This document shows positions 7,881 through 19,331 of a stretch of 64,000 bases of DNA, in pieces. Position numbers and translations under genes: made by a program. Where the stretch lies: positions 14,153 through 78,152 of IMG/VR virus record IMGVR_UViG_2718218211_000001; one strand, given 5' to 3'. Origin of the DNA: a virus (Duplodnaviria; Caudoviricetes). How positions within the stretch are numbered: position 1 is the first letter of the stretch; each line of letters opens with the position of its first letter. Below the pieces are notes generated by a model. The model did no database searches, was not told where the DNA came from, and saw nothing but the letters and a program-made list of their open reading frames with translations.

Positions 7881-9982
7881 TGGCAAAGCGGGCATCCGCC
7901 AGAGGCATCCGCCGCGATGTTTCCGGTATCTTACGTGCCCCGCGTCGAATGCAGGTGGCCGATGCGGTCAGTACTTATATGCGTGTGCCAATGGGGGCGG
8001 GTAACTCCGTTCCATGGGATCCGGATCTGGCACCTTACGTGATTGAACCGATGAACTGCCTGGCATCGCGTGAATATGACGCAGTGGTGTTTGTTGGTCC
8101 GGCGCGAACCGGTAAAACCATTGGTCTGATTGATGGCTGGATTGTTTACAACGTTGTCTGTGATCCGGCTGATATGCTCCTGATTCAGATGACTGAGGAA
8201 AAGGCGCGCGAGCACTCCAAAAAGCGTCTTGATCGTACATTCCGTTGCAGCCCTGAAGTGAAATCCCGACTGAGCCCGCGGCGTAACGATAACAACGTAT
8301 ATGATCGCACGTTTCGTGCCGGGAACTACCTGAAAATCGGCTGGCCATCGGTCAATATTATGTCCTCATCGGACTATAAATGCGTGGCACTGACCGATTA
8401 TGACCGTTTCCCGGAAGACATTGACGGGGAAGGTGACGCCTTTTCACTGGCATCAAAGCGAACCACAACGTTCATGTCATCAGGTATGACACTGGTTGAG
8501 AGTTCGCCGGGCCGCGATATACGTGACACAAAATGGCGCCGTAGCTCACCACATGAAGCACCTCCCTCAACGGGGATTCTGGCGCTGTACAACCGTGGTG
8601 ATCGCCGTCGCCTTTACTGGCCGTGCCCACATTGCGGTGAATATTTCCAACCTGAAATGGACAACATGACAGGTTACCGCGATATCGCGGACCCTGTTCA
8701 GGCGAGCGAGAAAGCGAGTCTTCAATGCCCTGCCTGTAAAGATCACATCACACCGGATATGAAGCGTTCGCTGAATATGAAAGGCGTGTGGCTGCGCGAT
8801 GGGCAAACCATCGACAGCGATGGTGTTATCACTGGAGAAGGGCGCCGCTCGCGCATTGCCTCCTTCTGGATGGAAGGACCCGCCGCCGCGTACCAGACCT
8901 GGGCGCAGCTCATCTATAAATTTCTTACTGCCGAGCAGGACTATCAGGCCACCGGCAGCGAGGAAGCACTGAAGACGGTAATCAACACAGACTTTGGGCG
9001 TCCGTACCTTCCCCGATCCAGCATGGATCAGCGTAAAAGTGAATTGCTTGAGCAGCGTGCGGAGGATGTACCAAAGCGCTCTGTTCCGGACGGGGTTTGT
9101 TTTCTTATGGCGACCGTCGACGTTCAGGCGGGGCGCAACCGACGTTTTGTTGTTCAGATTACTGGTTACGGCAGCATGGGAGAGCGCTGGCTGGTGGACC
9201 GCTACAACATCCGGCAGTCGATGCGCCATGACGCCAATGGTGAGAGCCAGCAGATTGACCCGGCAAGCTATCCGGAAGACTGGGATTTATTGCTGACCGA
9301 TGCGTTTAACAAAGCCTGGCCATTGGCATCGGATCCGACCCGGTGTATGCGGCTGATGGCGATGGCCGTTGACTCCGGCGGTGAGGATGGTGTGACCGAC
9401 AACGCTTATAAATTCTGGCGTAAGTGCCGTCGGGAGGGACTCGGAAAACAGGTTTATCTGTTCAAAGGCGACAGTGTCCGCCGATCAAAACTCATCTCCA
9501 GAACCTTTCCTGATAATACCGGACGCTCAAGCCGACGAGCACAGGCTTCTGGTGATGTCCCGCTTTACCTGCTCCAGACCGATGCTCTGAAAGACAGGGT
9601 GAACAACGCTTTGTGGCGTGATTCACCTGGCCCTGGCTATGTGCATTTCCCTGACTGGCTCGGCAGCTGGTTTTACGATGAACTGACCTATGAGGAGCGT
9701 TCGACCGATGGTAAATGGAGTAAGCCGGGACGTGGTGCAAATGAAGCATTTGATCTGCTGGTCTACGCTGATGCGCTCGCCATCCTCCACGGCTACGAGA
9801 AAATCAAATGGCCCGCTGCTCCTGAGTGGGCGAGGCGGGAAACCTGGCTGGAGAACGCGCCACCGGAAGCTGGCGAAACGTCATCCCAGACACCAGAACC
9901 AGTACCCACCAAAAAACGGAAGCGGAAAAATCCCGTAACCGATGATGCTAACCCTTGGAGTACTTCAGGAGGATGGTTGTGA
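7880..9982 (+). CDS. Terminase large subunit (lambda gpA family)
   Basis: GPARTGKT Walker A, CPHCGE zinc motif, VDVQ and NEAFDLLVY nuclease motifs. Confidence 0.95.
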   Translation: MAKRASARGIRRDVSGILRAPRRMQVADAVSTYMRVPMGAGNSVPWDPDLAPYVIEPMNCLASREYDAVVFVGPARTGKTIGLIDGWIVYNVVCDPADMLLIQMTEEKAREHSKKRLDRTFRCSPEVKSRLSPRRNDNNVYDRTFRAGNYLKIGWPSVNIMSSSDYKCVALTDYDRFPEDIDGEGDAFSLASKRTTTFMSSGMTLVESSPGRDIRDTKWRRSSPHEAPPSTGILALYNRGDRRRLYWPCPHCGEYFQPEMDNMTGYRDIADPVQASEKASLQCPACKDHITPDMKRSLNMKGVWLRDGQTIDSDGVITGEGRRSRIASFWMEGPAAAYQTWAQLIYKFLTAEQDYQATGSEEALKTVINTDFGRPYLPRSSMDQRKSELLEQRAEDVPKRSVPDGVCFLMATVDVQAGRNRRFVVQITGYGSMGERWLVDRYNIRQSMRHDANGESQQIDPASYPEDWDLLLTDAFNKAWPLASDPTRCMRLMAMAVDSGGEDGVTDNAYKFWRKCRREGLGKQVYLFKGDSVRRSKLISRTFPDNTGRSSRRAQASGDVPLYLLQTDALKDRVNNALWRDSPGPGYVHFPDWLGSWFYDELTYEERSTDGKWSKPGRGANEAFDLLVYADALAILHGYEKIKWPAAPEWARRETWLENAPPEAGETSSQTPEPVPTKKRKRKNPVTDDANPWSTSGGWL

Positions 9983-10194
9983 ACCGTGTTGATATTGAAG
10001 CCATGATCCAGCGTTATACCGAAGCCGAGATGGCGGTGCTGGATGGCAAAACTATCCGTTTCAATGGGCAGGAAATGACGATGGAGAACCTGTCGGAAAT
10101 CCGTAAAGGGCGGCAGGAGTGGGAGCGTCGTCTCTCTTCTCTTATTTCTCATCGCCGCGGGCGACCCGGTTACCGACTGGCGAGGTTTGAATGA
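9979..10194 (+). CDS. Head-tail joining protein (gpW-like)
   Basis: Small ORF between terminase and portal; AEMAVLDGKTIRFNG. Confidence 0.75.
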   Translation: MNRVDIEAMIQRYTEAEMAVLDGKTIRFNGQEMTMENLSEIRKGRQEWERRLSSLISHRRGRPGYRLARFE

Positions 10195-11699
10195 GCCTTT
10201 TAGATGATGCGATTGGTGTCTTTTCGCCTGGCTGGAAAGCCGCCCGTCTGCAGGCGCGCGCGAAAATCAGGGCATATGAAGCCGTTACCCCGACCAGAAC
10301 GCATAAGGGGCGCCGTGAAAACCGTTCTGCAGATCAGCTCAGCAAAATGGGGGCCGTATCATTGCGGGAGCAGGCCCGGTGGCTCGATAACAACCACGAT
10401 CTGGTGATTGGGGTGTTCGATAAGCTTGAAGAACGGGTGGTGGGGAAAGCCGGAATTATTGTTGAACCCCATCCCAAACTGATGAACGGTAAAATCGCCA
10501 AAAAGCTGGCCGATCAGATCCGTAGTAAATGGGCAGAATGGTCTGTCAGGCCAGATGTCACGAACCAGTTTACCCGTCCGATGCTTGAGCGCCTGATGTT
10601 GCGCACCTGGCTGCGGGATGGCGAAGTATTTGCCCAGCTTGTCAGTGGAACCGGGAATGGTCTTACGCCAGCAGCCGGTATCCCTTTCTGGCTTGAAGCG
10701 CTTGAACCCGATTTTATTCCCATGAACAGCGATGCTGCCAGCCAGCTTAATCAGGGGGTATTCGTCGACAACTGGGGTAGACCAAGGAAATATCAGGTTT
10801 ATAAAAGCCTGCCCGTTTCAGGCCGTCAGCTTGATACCAAAGAAGTTGATGCGGAAAACATGCTGCATCTTAAATTTGTCCGCCGTCTGCACCAGACCCG
10901 GGGCGTATCGATGCTGTCCGGCGTACTGATGCGCCTGAGCGCACTCAAAGAATATGAAGACGCCGAGCTCACCGCCGCACGTATTGCTGCTGCGCTGGGC
11001 ATGTACATCAAAAAGGGGGACGGGCAAAGCTTCGAAGAGAGCAACACTTCTTCCGATGATGATGATCGGGAAGTGATGATTCAGCCTGGCATCATTTATG
11101 ACGATCTTAAGCCAGGTGAAGATATCGGCATGGTGAAATCTGACCGGCCCAATCCTAACCTTGAAACCTTCCGTAATGGGCAACTTCGCGCTGTCGCAGC
11201 AGGCAGTCGACTCAGCTTTTCAAGCACAGCCAGAAACTACAACGGCACCTACAGCGCGCAGCGGCAGGAACTGGTGGAATCAACAGACGGCTATCTCATT
11301 TTGCAGGACTGGTTTATTGGCGCGGTGACCCGGCCAATGTACCGCGCCTGGCTGAAAATGGCGGTGGCCGCCGGCGAGATTAAATTACCCCGCGGTCTGG
11401 ATATGGAGTCGCTGTACTCGGCAGTTTATTCCGGCCCTGTTATGCCGTGGATCGATCCGGTTAAAGAGGCCAATGCCTGGAAGTTACAGATCCGGGGCGG
11501 AGCGGCAACAGAATCCGACTGGGTCCGCGCCAGCGGACGTAACCCGAACGATGTGAAGGCGCGACGGAAGGCAGAAATCGACGAAAACAAAGAGATGGGG
11601 CTGGTGTTTGACACTGACCCTGCCAATGACAAAGGAGGCACAAGTGCCGAAGCCAAAGAGCCGGGCGCATCACCGTCCGAAAGCCAGCGCAAAAAGTAA
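10191..11699 (+). CDS. Portal protein, lambda family
   Basis: RDGEVF, QTRGVS, YSAQRQ and WIDPVKE motifs. Confidence 0.95.
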   Translation: MSLLDDAIGVFSPGWKAARLQARAKIRAYEAVTPTRTHKGRRENRSADQLSKMGAVSLREQARWLDNNHDLVIGVFDKLEERVVGKAGIIVEPHPKLMNGKIAKKLADQIRSKWAEWSVRPDVTNQFTRPMLERLMLRTWLRDGEVFAQLVSGTGNGLTPAAGIPFWLEALEPDFIPMNSDAASQLNQGVFVDNWGRPRKYQVYKSLPVSGRQLDTKEVDAENMLHLKFVRRLHQTRGVSMLSGVLMRLSALKEYEDAELTAARIAAALGMYIKKGDGQSFEESNTSSDDDDREVMIQPGIIYDDLKPGEDIGMVKSDRPNPNLETFRNGQLRAVAAGSRLSFSSTARNYNGTYSAQRQELVESTDGYLILQDWFIGAVTRPMYRAWLKMAVAAGEIKLPRGLDMESLYSAVYSGPVMPWIDPVKEANAWKLQIRGGAATESDWVRASGRNPNDVKARRKAEIDENKEMGLVFDTDPANDKGGTSAEAKEPGASPSESQRKK

Positions 11700-13668
11700 T
11701 TCCTGGTTCCGTATGCAGGCCAGCGCCGACAACGAAGCGGATATTTATATCTACGACGAGATCGGCTACTGGGGGGTGACGGCGCGCCAGTTTGTGAATG
11801 ACCTGAAGGCGCTTGGCGACATTACCCATATCAACCTTCATATCAATTCGCCCGGTGGCGATGTCTTTGATGGCATCGCCATTTTTAATGCCCTGAAACA
11901 TCACGGCGCAGCGATCACCGTTCACATCGATGGTCTGGCTGCTTCAATGGCTTCGGTTATTGCGATGGTTGGCAACCCGGTCATTATGCCGGAAAACACC
12001 ATGATGATGATCCACAAACCATGGGGATTCGCAGGTGGCGATGCCAACGACATGCGGGATTATGCCGATCTGCTGGATAAGGTCGAGTCTGTCCTGATCC
12101 CGGCGTACGCGGAGAAAACAGGAAAAACGACCGAGGAAATCGCCGCCATGCTGGACGATGAAACCTGGATGGATGGTAAAGAATGCCTGGCGCATGGCTT
12201 TGCCGATCAGGTAACTACATCTCTGCAGGCGATGGCCTGCATTCAATCAAAACGTATCGAGGACTTTGAAAAGATGCCAAACAGCATTCGTAACATGATC
12301 GCCCCGCCGCGCAATACTACCCAGCGCGAACCGCAGCAACCACAACCACAGGTGCCGGCAACGACGACCACAGCGCCAGCGTCCACTTCTGATGAAGCCA
12401 CTATCCGTGCACAGGTGCTTGCCGAGCAAAAGAACCGTGTTACCGCGATTAACGATCTCTTTGCGATGTTCGGCGGCAAGCATCATGAGCTGCAGAATAA
12501 ATGCATCGCGGATCCGGAATGCACCGTTGCACAGGCTAAAGATGAACTGCTGGCGGCGCTGGGCAAAAATGCAACCCCGTCGAATAAAACCACGGATGCG
12601 CATATTTACGCCGGGAACGGTAACTTTGTTGGCGACGGAGTTCGCCAGGCACTGATGGCGCGCGCGGGCTTCGAGAGCATGGAGCGTGATAACGTCTACA
12701 ACGGTATGACGCTGCGCGAATATGCCCGTATGGCGCTGACCGAGCGCGGCATCGGCGTTTCCAGCTATAACCCGATGCAGATGGTCGGTATGGCACTGAC
12801 GCACAGCACGTCTGACTTCGGCAATATCCTGCTCGACGTTGCTAATAAAGCGTTGCTTCAGGGCTGGGAGGAAGCGGCAGAAACTTTTGAGCAGTGGACC
12901 AAGAAAGGCCAGTTGTCTGACTTTAAAACGGCGCATCGTGTCGGCCTGGGTGGTTTCTCCTCCCTGCGTCAGGTACGCGAGGGGGCTGAATATAAGTATG
13001 TGACCACCAAAGATAAAGGTGAAAGCATCGCGCTGGCCACCTACGGTGAAATCTTCTCTATTACCCGTCAGGCTATCATCAACGACGATCTGAATCAGTT
13101 AACCGATGTACCTATGAAGATGGGGCGTGCGGCAAAAGGGACGATTGGCGATCTGGTATATGCCGTTCTTACCGAAAACGCGAAATTGTCTGATGGTAAG
13201 CCGCTGTTCCATGCTGATCACGGCAATATTTCCGCAGGCGCGATTTCTGTAGCCAGCCTTGATGAAGCGCGCAAGATGATGCGCCTTCAGAAAGAGGGAG
13301 AGCGTCCCCTGAATATTCGCCCGGCATTCATGCTGGTGCCAGTCGCGCTCGAAACCCTGGCAAACCAGACGATCAAGTCTGCCAGTGTGAAAGGGGCGGA
13401 TATCAACGCCGGTATCATGAACCCAATTCAGAACTTTGCTGAAGTTATCGCGGAGCCGCGTCTTGACGCCAAAGACACCAGCGCCTGGTATCTGGCCGCC
13501 GCTAAGGGCACGGACACCATCGAAGTGGCTTACCTGAACGGCGTTGATACTCCGTATATCGACCAGCAGGAAGGCTTCACGACCGACGGCATTGCGACCA
13601 AGGTGCGCATCGATGCTGGTGTTTCCCCTCTGGATTATCGTGGCCTGGCGAAATCTACCGGGAAATAA
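11644..13668 (+). CDS. ClpP-like prohead protease / major capsid fusion
   Basis: INSPGGDVFDG, AASMASVI, MMIHKP protease domain followed by capsid domain; GGAGG RBS before GTG 11644. Confidence 0.9.
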   Translation: MPKPKSRAHHRPKASAKSNSWFRMQASADNEADIYIYDEIGYWGVTARQFVNDLKALGDITHINLHINSPGGDVFDGIAIFNALKHHGAAITVHIDGLAASMASVIAMVGNPVIMPENTMMMIHKPWGFAGGDANDMRDYADLLDKVESVLIPAYAEKTGKTTEEIAAMLDDETWMDGKECLAHGFADQVTTSLQAMACIQSKRIEDFEKMPNSIRNMIAPPRNTTQREPQQPQPQVPATTTTAPASTSDEATIRAQVLAEQKNRVTAINDLFAMFGGKHHELQNKCIADPECTVAQAKDELLAALGKNATPSNKTTDAHIYAGNGNFVGDGVRQALMARAGFESMERDNVYNGMTLREYARMALTERGIGVSSYNPMQMVGMALTHSTSDFGNILLDVANKALLQGWEEAAETFEQWTKKGQLSDFKTAHRVGLGGFSSLRQVREGAEYKYVTTKDKGESIALATYGEIFSITRQAIINDDLNQLTDVPMKMGRAAKGTIGDLVYAVLTENAKLSDGKPLFHADHGNISAGAISVASLDEARKMMRLQKEGERPLNIRPAFMLVPVALETLANQTIKSASVKGADINAGIMNPIQNFAEVIAEPRLDAKDTSAWYLAAAKGTDTIEVAYLNGVDTPYIDQQEGFTTDGIATKVRIDAGVSPLDYRGLAKSTGK

Positions 13669-13759
13669 TTCCTTCCACTCAAGCAGCACATCACAGCCCA
13701 TCAGGGCTTTTTTTGTATCTGAATTCGGCCCCGTATGGGGCTGGTTGGAGACTGAATTT

Positions 13760-14086
13760 ATGGCGAAGAATTTTATACAGCATGGCAAAACTATTGAGAT
13801 TGCCAACACGGGCAGCGGTGCGATCCTGAGTGGTTCGCCGGTGATGGTGGGGAAAGTCGTGGCGATTGCCATTACTGATATTCCGGCAGGCCAGACGGGG
13901 GACGGTTTTGCCGAAGGGGTTTTCCTGCTTCCTAAGCTGACTACCGATGCGATCACCATCGGTGAGCAGGTTCATATCAAAGATGGCAAAGTGCAGAACG
14001 ATGCGACAGGAGCCGATCTGGCCGGGGTAGCCTGGGAAGATGCTACTGCCAGTTCCGCAATTGTAGCCGTGAAAATCAATGCTTAA
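13760..14086 (+). CDS. DUF2190 family capsid cement/decoration protein
   Basis: MAKNFIQHGKTI...EGVFLLPK pattern after capsid. Confidence 0.8.
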   Translation: MAKNFIQHGKTIEIANTGSGAILSGSPVMVGKVVAIAITDIPAGQTGDGFAEGVFLLPKLTTDAITIGEQVHIKDGKVQNDATGADLAGVAWEDATASSAIVAVKINA

Positions 14087-14354
14087 TCCCTTTGACAGGC
14101 TTGTCAGCCGCATGGATGCGGTCACGGTAAACAAAATGGGAAAGCCAGCGACCATCAACGGGGAGCCAATGATTGTTATTCCGGCTGAGTTTCTGGAAGA
14201 AATGGGGCCTTTGAGCGGAACAGGGCGATCGCTGGTGGTGTTTACCTCAGGATACAGTCCGCGTCGTAATGACGTGGTGATTTTTGAAGGGGAGGAATTC
14301 CATCTTACCCGTCACGAACGCTTTAACGGCAAACCGCGCATCTTTATCGAGTAA
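14079..14354 (+). CDS. Head-tail joining protein (gpFII-like)
   Basis: Position and size. Confidence 0.65.
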   Translation: MLNPFDRLVSRMDAVTVNKMGKPATINGEPMIVIPAEFLEEMGPLSGTGRSLVVFTSGYSPRRNDVVIFEGEEFHLTRHERFNGKPRIFIE

Positions 14355-14366
14355 GCAGGAGGGAAT

Positions 14367-14921
14367 ATGTCGATTAAGGGGCTGGAGCAGGCCATTGCTA
14401 ATCTGAACAGCATCAGTAAAAGAGCTGTACCGCGCGCTTCCGCCCAGACGGTGAACCGTATCGCCACGCAGGCGGTCAATCGCAGTGTGTCCGCTGTCGC
14501 GAAATCAACCCGCGTTCCCCGAAAACTGGTCAGGCAGCGTGCACGGATACGTCGGGCTACGGTGGAGAAGCCGCGCGCTCTGATTCGCATAAACCGCGGG
14601 AATCTTCCCGCTATCAAACTGGGACCATCCAGTATGCGTCTGTCACGGCGTAAACGTGATAAGTCAGGTACGAACAGTGAGCTGCGTGTGGGGCGTTTTC
14701 GTTTTCCCGGGGCCTTTCTTCAACAACTGGCAAACGGTCGCTGGCATGTCTTGCGGCGTACCACAAAGAGTCGGTATCCCATTGAAGTGGTCAGTATTCC
14801 CCTTTCCGTTCCTCTGACCGAAACGTTCCGGGCTGAAGTGCCAAAACTTATGGACGAACGTATGCCGCAAATTATGCGACAAAACCTGTCTAACCAACTG
14901 AGGCTGATCCTTAAACGATGA
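14367..14921 (+). CDS. Minor tail protein Z-like
   Basis: MSIKGLEQAIANL..., Arg-rich, RYPIEVV. Confidence 0.85.
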   Translation: MSIKGLEQAIANLNSISKRAVPRASAQTVNRIATQAVNRSVSAVAKSTRVPRKLVRQRARIRRATVEKPRALIRINRGNLPAIKLGPSSMRLSRRKRDKSGTNSELRVGRFRFPGAFLQQLANGRWHVLRRTTKSRYPIEVVSIPLSVPLTETFRAEVPKLMDERMPQIMRQNLSNQLRLILKR

Positions 14922-15316
14922 AAAACAGTGATATCCGCAAAGCCGTACTAACCGCGCTCCAGCGCAATATCTCAGATGCAGTGACATGGTTCGATGGTCG
15001 TCCTGGGTTTCTGGATGAGCAGGATCTTCCGGCGGTTGCGGTTTACCTTTCTGATGCCCGAGCCTCGGATGAAAGTGTTGATGAAGATATGTGGACAGCC
15101 GTGCTGCATGTTGAGGTGTTTCTGAAAGCCACGGCTACAGACAGTGCTCTGGATTCCTGGATGGAGGACCGCATCTATCCGGCAATGTCTGATGTTCCCG
15201 AACTGGCAAATCTTCTCGAATTGATGGCAGCTCAGGGGTATGACTATCAGCGCGATGAAGAGGCCATGACGTGGGGATCTGCCGACCTCAGTTATTCCAT
15301 CAGCTACATTATGTGA
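14918..15316 (+). CDS. Tail terminator protein U-like
   Basis: FDGRP...LPAVAVYL, GYDYQRD. Confidence 0.85.
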   Translation: MKNSDIRKAVLTALQRNISDAVTWFDGRPGFLDEQDLPAVAVYLSDARASDESVDEDMWTAVLHVEVFLKATATDSALDSWMEDRIYPAMSDVPELANLLELMAAQGYDYQRDEEAMTWGSADLSYSISYIM

Positions 15317-15323
15317 GGACGTA

Positions 15324-16061
15324 ATGACTACACCAAACCCACTGGCGCCGGTAAAGGGTGCCACCACCACGCTCTGGATTTATTCCGGATCGGGCAACCC
15401 GTTCGCTAACCCATTATCGGATGTTGACTGGACGCGCCTGGCAAAGATTAAAGATCTGCAGCCCGGTGAACTGACTGCCGAATCAAACGATGATACCTAT
15501 CTGGATGACGATGATGCCGACTGGACTGCTACCGCGCAGGGGCAGAAATCGGCGGGGGAGGCGAGTTTTACGCTGGCCTGGAAACCTGCCGAGAGCGGGC
15601 AGCAGGATCTGGTTCGCTGGTTTGATGACGGTACCGTGCTGGCGTACAAAATCAAATACCCGAATGGCGCCATCGATGTATTCCGTGGCTGGGTAAGCAG
15701 CCTGGGTAAAACGGTGACGGCAAAAGACACCATTACCCGTTCTGTCAAAATCAGTAACAACGGCAAGCCAGGTCTTGCTGAAGACAGCGCTGCTGCAGTG
15801 ATAGACGTAACCGGCGTCAGCCTGGATAAATCGACCACCACCGTTGCAGTTGCTGCTACCACCACGCTGAATGTCACTGTGGCGCCAGCCAGCGCAAGCG
15901 ATCCATCTTTCCGGGCCACCACCACGGATGCAGGTAAAGCCACGGTGACTGTCGCTGGTACAGTGCTGACGGTAACCGGCATATCCGCCGGAACCGCCGA
16001 CATTATCGTGATGACCAACGACGGGCTTTTTGTCGCGACCTGTAAAGTCACCGTTTCCTGA
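15324..16061 (+). CDS. Major tail tube protein V with C-terminal Ig-like domain
   Basis: PVKGA.TTLW.Y.GSG.PFANPLSD lambda gpV-like N-terminus. Confidence 0.9.
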   Translation: MTTPNPLAPVKGATTTLWIYSGSGNPFANPLSDVDWTRLAKIKDLQPGELTAESNDDTYLDDDDADWTATAQGQKSAGEASFTLAWKPAESGQQDLVRWFDDGTVLAYKIKYPNGAIDVFRGWVSSLGKTVTAKDTITRSVKISNNGKPGLAEDSAAAVIDVTGVSLDKSTTTVAVAATTTLNVTVAPASASDPSFRATTTDAGKATVTVAGTVLTVTGISAGTADIIVMTNDGLFVATCKVTVS

Positions 16062-16097
16062 CTTCCGGGGCTGTGGCCCCGCTTTCCGGAGTAACCC

Positions 16098-16505
16098 ATG
16101 TTTTTAAAAAGTGAGCCGTTCGAACGCAACGGCAAGACCGTCACGCTCTACGAACTGTCGGCGCTGCAGCGTATTGAGCATCTTGAACACCTGAAGACAC
16201 TGGAAAGTATCCCCGATGCCGACATGCAGGCGGCGATGGATATGACGATTAAATCCGGCGCACTTCTGGTGGCCATGTCTTTATGGCATGACCACGCTCT
16301 GAAAGGGACGCACAAAACGCCGAAAGAAGACGTTGAACAGATCCAGAATGAGGTGCTGATGACCTGGCCACTGGAGATTATTTCCGCTGCAGAGTACAGC
16401 GTAAAGCTGCTGTCCGGCATGGTGCCGCTGCAGGAAGCTAATGATCCAGAGGATGTTGCTGTGACTGAGCCGGTCAGTCTGGAAAAGTCCTCGCCAGCGA
16501 GCTGA
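16098..16505 (+). CDS. Tail assembly chaperone G
   Basis: MFLKSEPFE...ELSALQRIEHL. Confidence 0.85.
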   Translation: MFLKSEPFERNGKTVTLYELSALQRIEHLEHLKTLESIPDADMQAAMDMTIKSGALLVAMSLWHDHALKGTHKTPKEDVEQIQNEVLMTWPLEIISAAEYSVKLLSGMVPLQEANDPEDVAVTEPVSLEKSSPAS

Positions 16506-16834
16506 CATTCGTCCTGAAACTGGCGCGTGAATTTCGCCGCCCGGACTGGCGCGCCATGCTTGCTGGTATGTCGTCAACGGAATACGCCGACTGGCGAACG
16601 TTCTACCAGGACAATTTTTTTAATGATGTGCAACTGGATGCACATTTTTCCTCGCTGATGCATATCGTCATTACCGCGCTTGACCCCAAAACCACATCAA
16701 CCCCTGCCAGCTTCAGCCTTCTTTCACCTTCAGCGGAGGATATTGCCAACGATGAACCCGGTGACGCTGTGCTGATGGCAAAGGCCGAGGGCATTTCAGG
16801 AGGTGTTCGCTATGGCCCAGACGGCAGTGGGTGA
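16481..16834 (+). CDS. Tail assembly chaperone T, expressed as G-T by programmed -1 frameshift at G-GAA-AAG (16481-16487)
   Basis: -1 frame open from the slippery site: ...[22 protein letters not shown]. Confidence 0.8.
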   Translation, partial: GKVLASELTFVLKLAREFRRPDWRAMLAGMSSTEYADWRTFYQDNFFNDVQLDAHFSSLMHIVITALDPKTTSTPASFSLLSPSAEDIANDEPGDAVLMAKAEGISGGVRYGPDGSG

Positions 16835-19328
16835 CTTGGTCGTTAATCTTGATGTTAACTCGTCAAAGTTCAACGAGCAGATGGAGTACGTAAAAAGGCA
16901 GTTTAAGCAGACGGGTGACGCAGCGAATGACTCTGCGCTGAAGGTGCAGCAGTCATTTACCCGCCAGGAGAGCGCCGCGAAGAAGGCCGGTATTTCTGTA
17001 GGCCAGTACAACGCGGCGATGCGTATGCTGCCTGCGCAGTTTACGGATATCGCCACCCAGCTGGCCGGTGGTCAGAGTCCGTGGCTTATCCTGCTGCAGC
17101 AGGGCGGTCAGGTGAAAGACTCCTTCGGCGGTATTATTCCGACCTTTCGGGCGCTGCTGGGCACCATATCGCCAGTGATGGTTGGGGTTGGCGCGCTGGC
17201 TGCCGCCACTGGCGCGGTGGTTTACGCCTGGTATCAGGGCTCGTCCACGCTGTCTGATTTCAATAAAACGCTGGTTCTGTCCGGTAACACTGCCGGGCTG
17301 ACCTCAAACCGCATGCTGGTGCTGGCGAAATCCGGCGAACAGGCGGGACTCACGTTTAACCAGACTAGCAGTGCGCTGACGGAGCTGGTTAACGCCGGAG
17401 TGCGTGCCGGTGCCCGGTTCGATGATATGAGTCAGGCGGTAGCGAAATTCACCGATGCGTCAGGTGTGCCGGTTGATAAGGTGGCGGCGGCATTCGGCAA
17501 ACTGACGAACGATCCGACCTCAGGTCTTATTGCCATGGCGCAGCAGTTCCACAACGTCACAGCGGAACAGATTGCTTATGTGGCGCAGTTGCAACGCGCC
17601 GGGGATGAAGCCGGGGCGCTGCAGGCTGCTAATGATGCGGCGACGAACGGTTTTCGTGAGCAGACAAAGAGCCTGCGCGACAATATGGGGTCGATTGAGA
17701 CCGCTGCCGACAGTCTGAAGCGTGCCTTTAAATCGATGTGGGATGCGGCGCTTGATATCGGACGGCCTGACACCACGCAGGAGATGGTTGCCAAAGCTGA
17801 AGCGGCCTTTAAGCGGGCGGATGAAATCTGGAATCTGCGTAAAGGTGATGGTTATGTCAATGATGATGCGCGCGCCAGCTACTGGAACGATCGGGAGTCT
17901 GCCCGCCTTGCCCTGGAAATGGCGCAGCAGCAGGCCAGTGTGGCAAAGGCAACTGAGGATAACGCCGCACGCGAGGCGGTGATTGAATCTGATCGCCAGA
18001 AGTATGCCGCGCAAGCGCAGGCTGCATATTCAAAGACCGAATCAGCTTTGGATAAATTTACGGCAAAACAGAAAGAATATAATCAGGCCATCAAAGACGG
18101 ACGTATCCTCCAGGCCGATTACAACATTCTGATGGCAGCCGCTAAGAAGGAATACGACGACTCACTGAAGAAGCCTAAAAAGCCGTCAGCAGTGAAAACA
18201 CCTGCAGGAGTAAAAAGTGCCGATGCTGCCAGCGCGCAGACACTGGAGCTCGAGGCGCAGTTACGCACTCTGCAGGAGCATAAGAGCATCACGGATACTA
18301 TCAGCCAGCAGCGGCAGGAACTGTGGAAACAGCAATCCCGCTTTTCGGTGCTGGAAGAGGCCGCCAAAAAGCGCGCGCTGACCGCCGATGAAAAATCGGT
18401 GCTGGCGAACAAAGACGAGGTACTGGCGCGGGCCGAAGTGAATGCCCGACTGGGCGATCAGATTGTTGCCCAGGAACGGTTAAACCGCCTGCAGGACAGC
18501 TCGCAGAAGTACGTTACCCAGATTGGGGAGAAAACCCGAGCGCTTGTGGCCGGGGGCAGCATGAGCAGTCGCGGCGCGCAGCGGCAAAACGAAGAGGCAC
18601 AGCTGCGGCAGGGCTGGATGAATGCAGGCGGCGCGGATTCCGATCAGGGTTATCAGAACGAACTGGAAGCACTGAAAAAATATTATGCCGCACAGGACGA
18701 GCTCCGCGGCAACTGGCAGGCCGGGGCGAACTCAGCGTGGGCTGACTATGCCGATTCAGCGGCTGATGCCTATGGTTCGATGAAGTCCGCAGCTTCAGCC
18801 ACATTCGATGGTATCAGCCAGTATATGGCCGATATGCTGACGACAGGGAAAGCAAACTGGGCCGATTTCACCCGTTCCACGTTGTCGATGCTGACGCAGA
18901 TCCTGATGAAGCAGGCTATGGCTGGCCTGGTCAGTTCCGCCACGTCAGCGCTGGGTTTTGCTGGTGGTGGTTATACCGGATCCGGCGGTAAGTATGAGCC
19001 TGCAGGTGTGGTGCACCGTGGAGAGTTTGTCTTTACGCAGGAGGCCACAAACCGGATCGGTGTCGGCAATCTGTACAAAATGATGCGCGGCTATGCTACC
19101 GGCGGTCTGGTGGGTGGGAGTGGCGGCGGCATTGCTTCTCCTTTCGGTGTCAGCGTTTACGCGCCGGTTTCCGTCACAACGGGCCAGGGTGAGTCGGGCC
19201 AACAGAAAGGGAGCGGTGATGCGCTCGGGAAAGCCTACCAGCAGGTTATCGACAGCTCTGTCCGGGCAGGGATCGCGAAAGCCATACAACCGGGAGGCAT
19301 GATTTGGAATGCCAACAAGCAGAGGTAA
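16812..19328 (+). CDS. Tail tape measure protein
   Basis: [33 protein letters not shown]; Ala-rich helical. Confidence 0.95.
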   Translation: MAQTAVGDLVVNLDVNSSKFNEQMEYVKRQFKQTGDAANDSALKVQQSFTRQESAAKKAGISVGQYNAAMRMLPAQFTDIATQLAGGQSPWLILLQQGGQVKDSFGGIIPTFRALLGTISPVMVGVGALAAATGAVVYAWYQGSSTLSDFNKTLVLSGNTAGLTSNRMLVLAKSGEQAGLTFNQTSSALTELVNAGVRAGARFDDMSQAVAKFTDASGVPVDKVAAAFGKLTNDPTSGLIAMAQQFHNVTAEQIAYVAQLQRAGDEAGALQAANDAATNGFREQTKSLRDNMGSIETAADSLKRAFKSMWDAALDIGRPDTTQEMVAKAEAAFKRADEIWNLRKGDGYVNDDARASYWNDRESARLALEMAQQQASVAKATEDNAAREAVIESDRQKYAAQAQAAYSKTESALDKFTAKQKEYNQAIKDGRILQADYNILMAAAKKEYDDSLKKPKKPSAVKTPAGVKSADAASAQTLELEAQLRTLQEHKSITDTISQQRQELWKQQSRFSVLEEAAKKRALTADEKSVLANKDEVLARAEVNARLGDQIVAQERLNRLQDSSQKYVTQIGEKTRALVAGGSMSSRGAQRQNEEAQLRQGWMNAGGADSDQGYQNELEALKKYYAAQDELRGNWQAGANSAWADYADSAADAYGSMKSAASATFDGISQYMADMLTTGKANWADFTRSTLSMLTQILMKQAMAGLVSSATSALGFAGGGYTGSGGKYEPAGVVHRGEFVFTQEATNRIGVGNLYKMMRGYATGGLVGGSGGGIASPFGVSVYAPVSVTTGQGESGQQKGSGDALGKAYQQVIDSSVRAGIAKAIQPGGMIWNANKQR

Positions 19329-19331
19329 GCG

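Noticed and set aside
11644-13668. Protease-major capsid fusion
   Set aside because: Known Gifsy-2-type head architecture
16481-16487. Apparent frameshifts in tail chaperones (G/T here and E/E' at 58282-58288)
   Set aside because: Well-known programmed -1 frameshifts; neither pseudogenes nor novel
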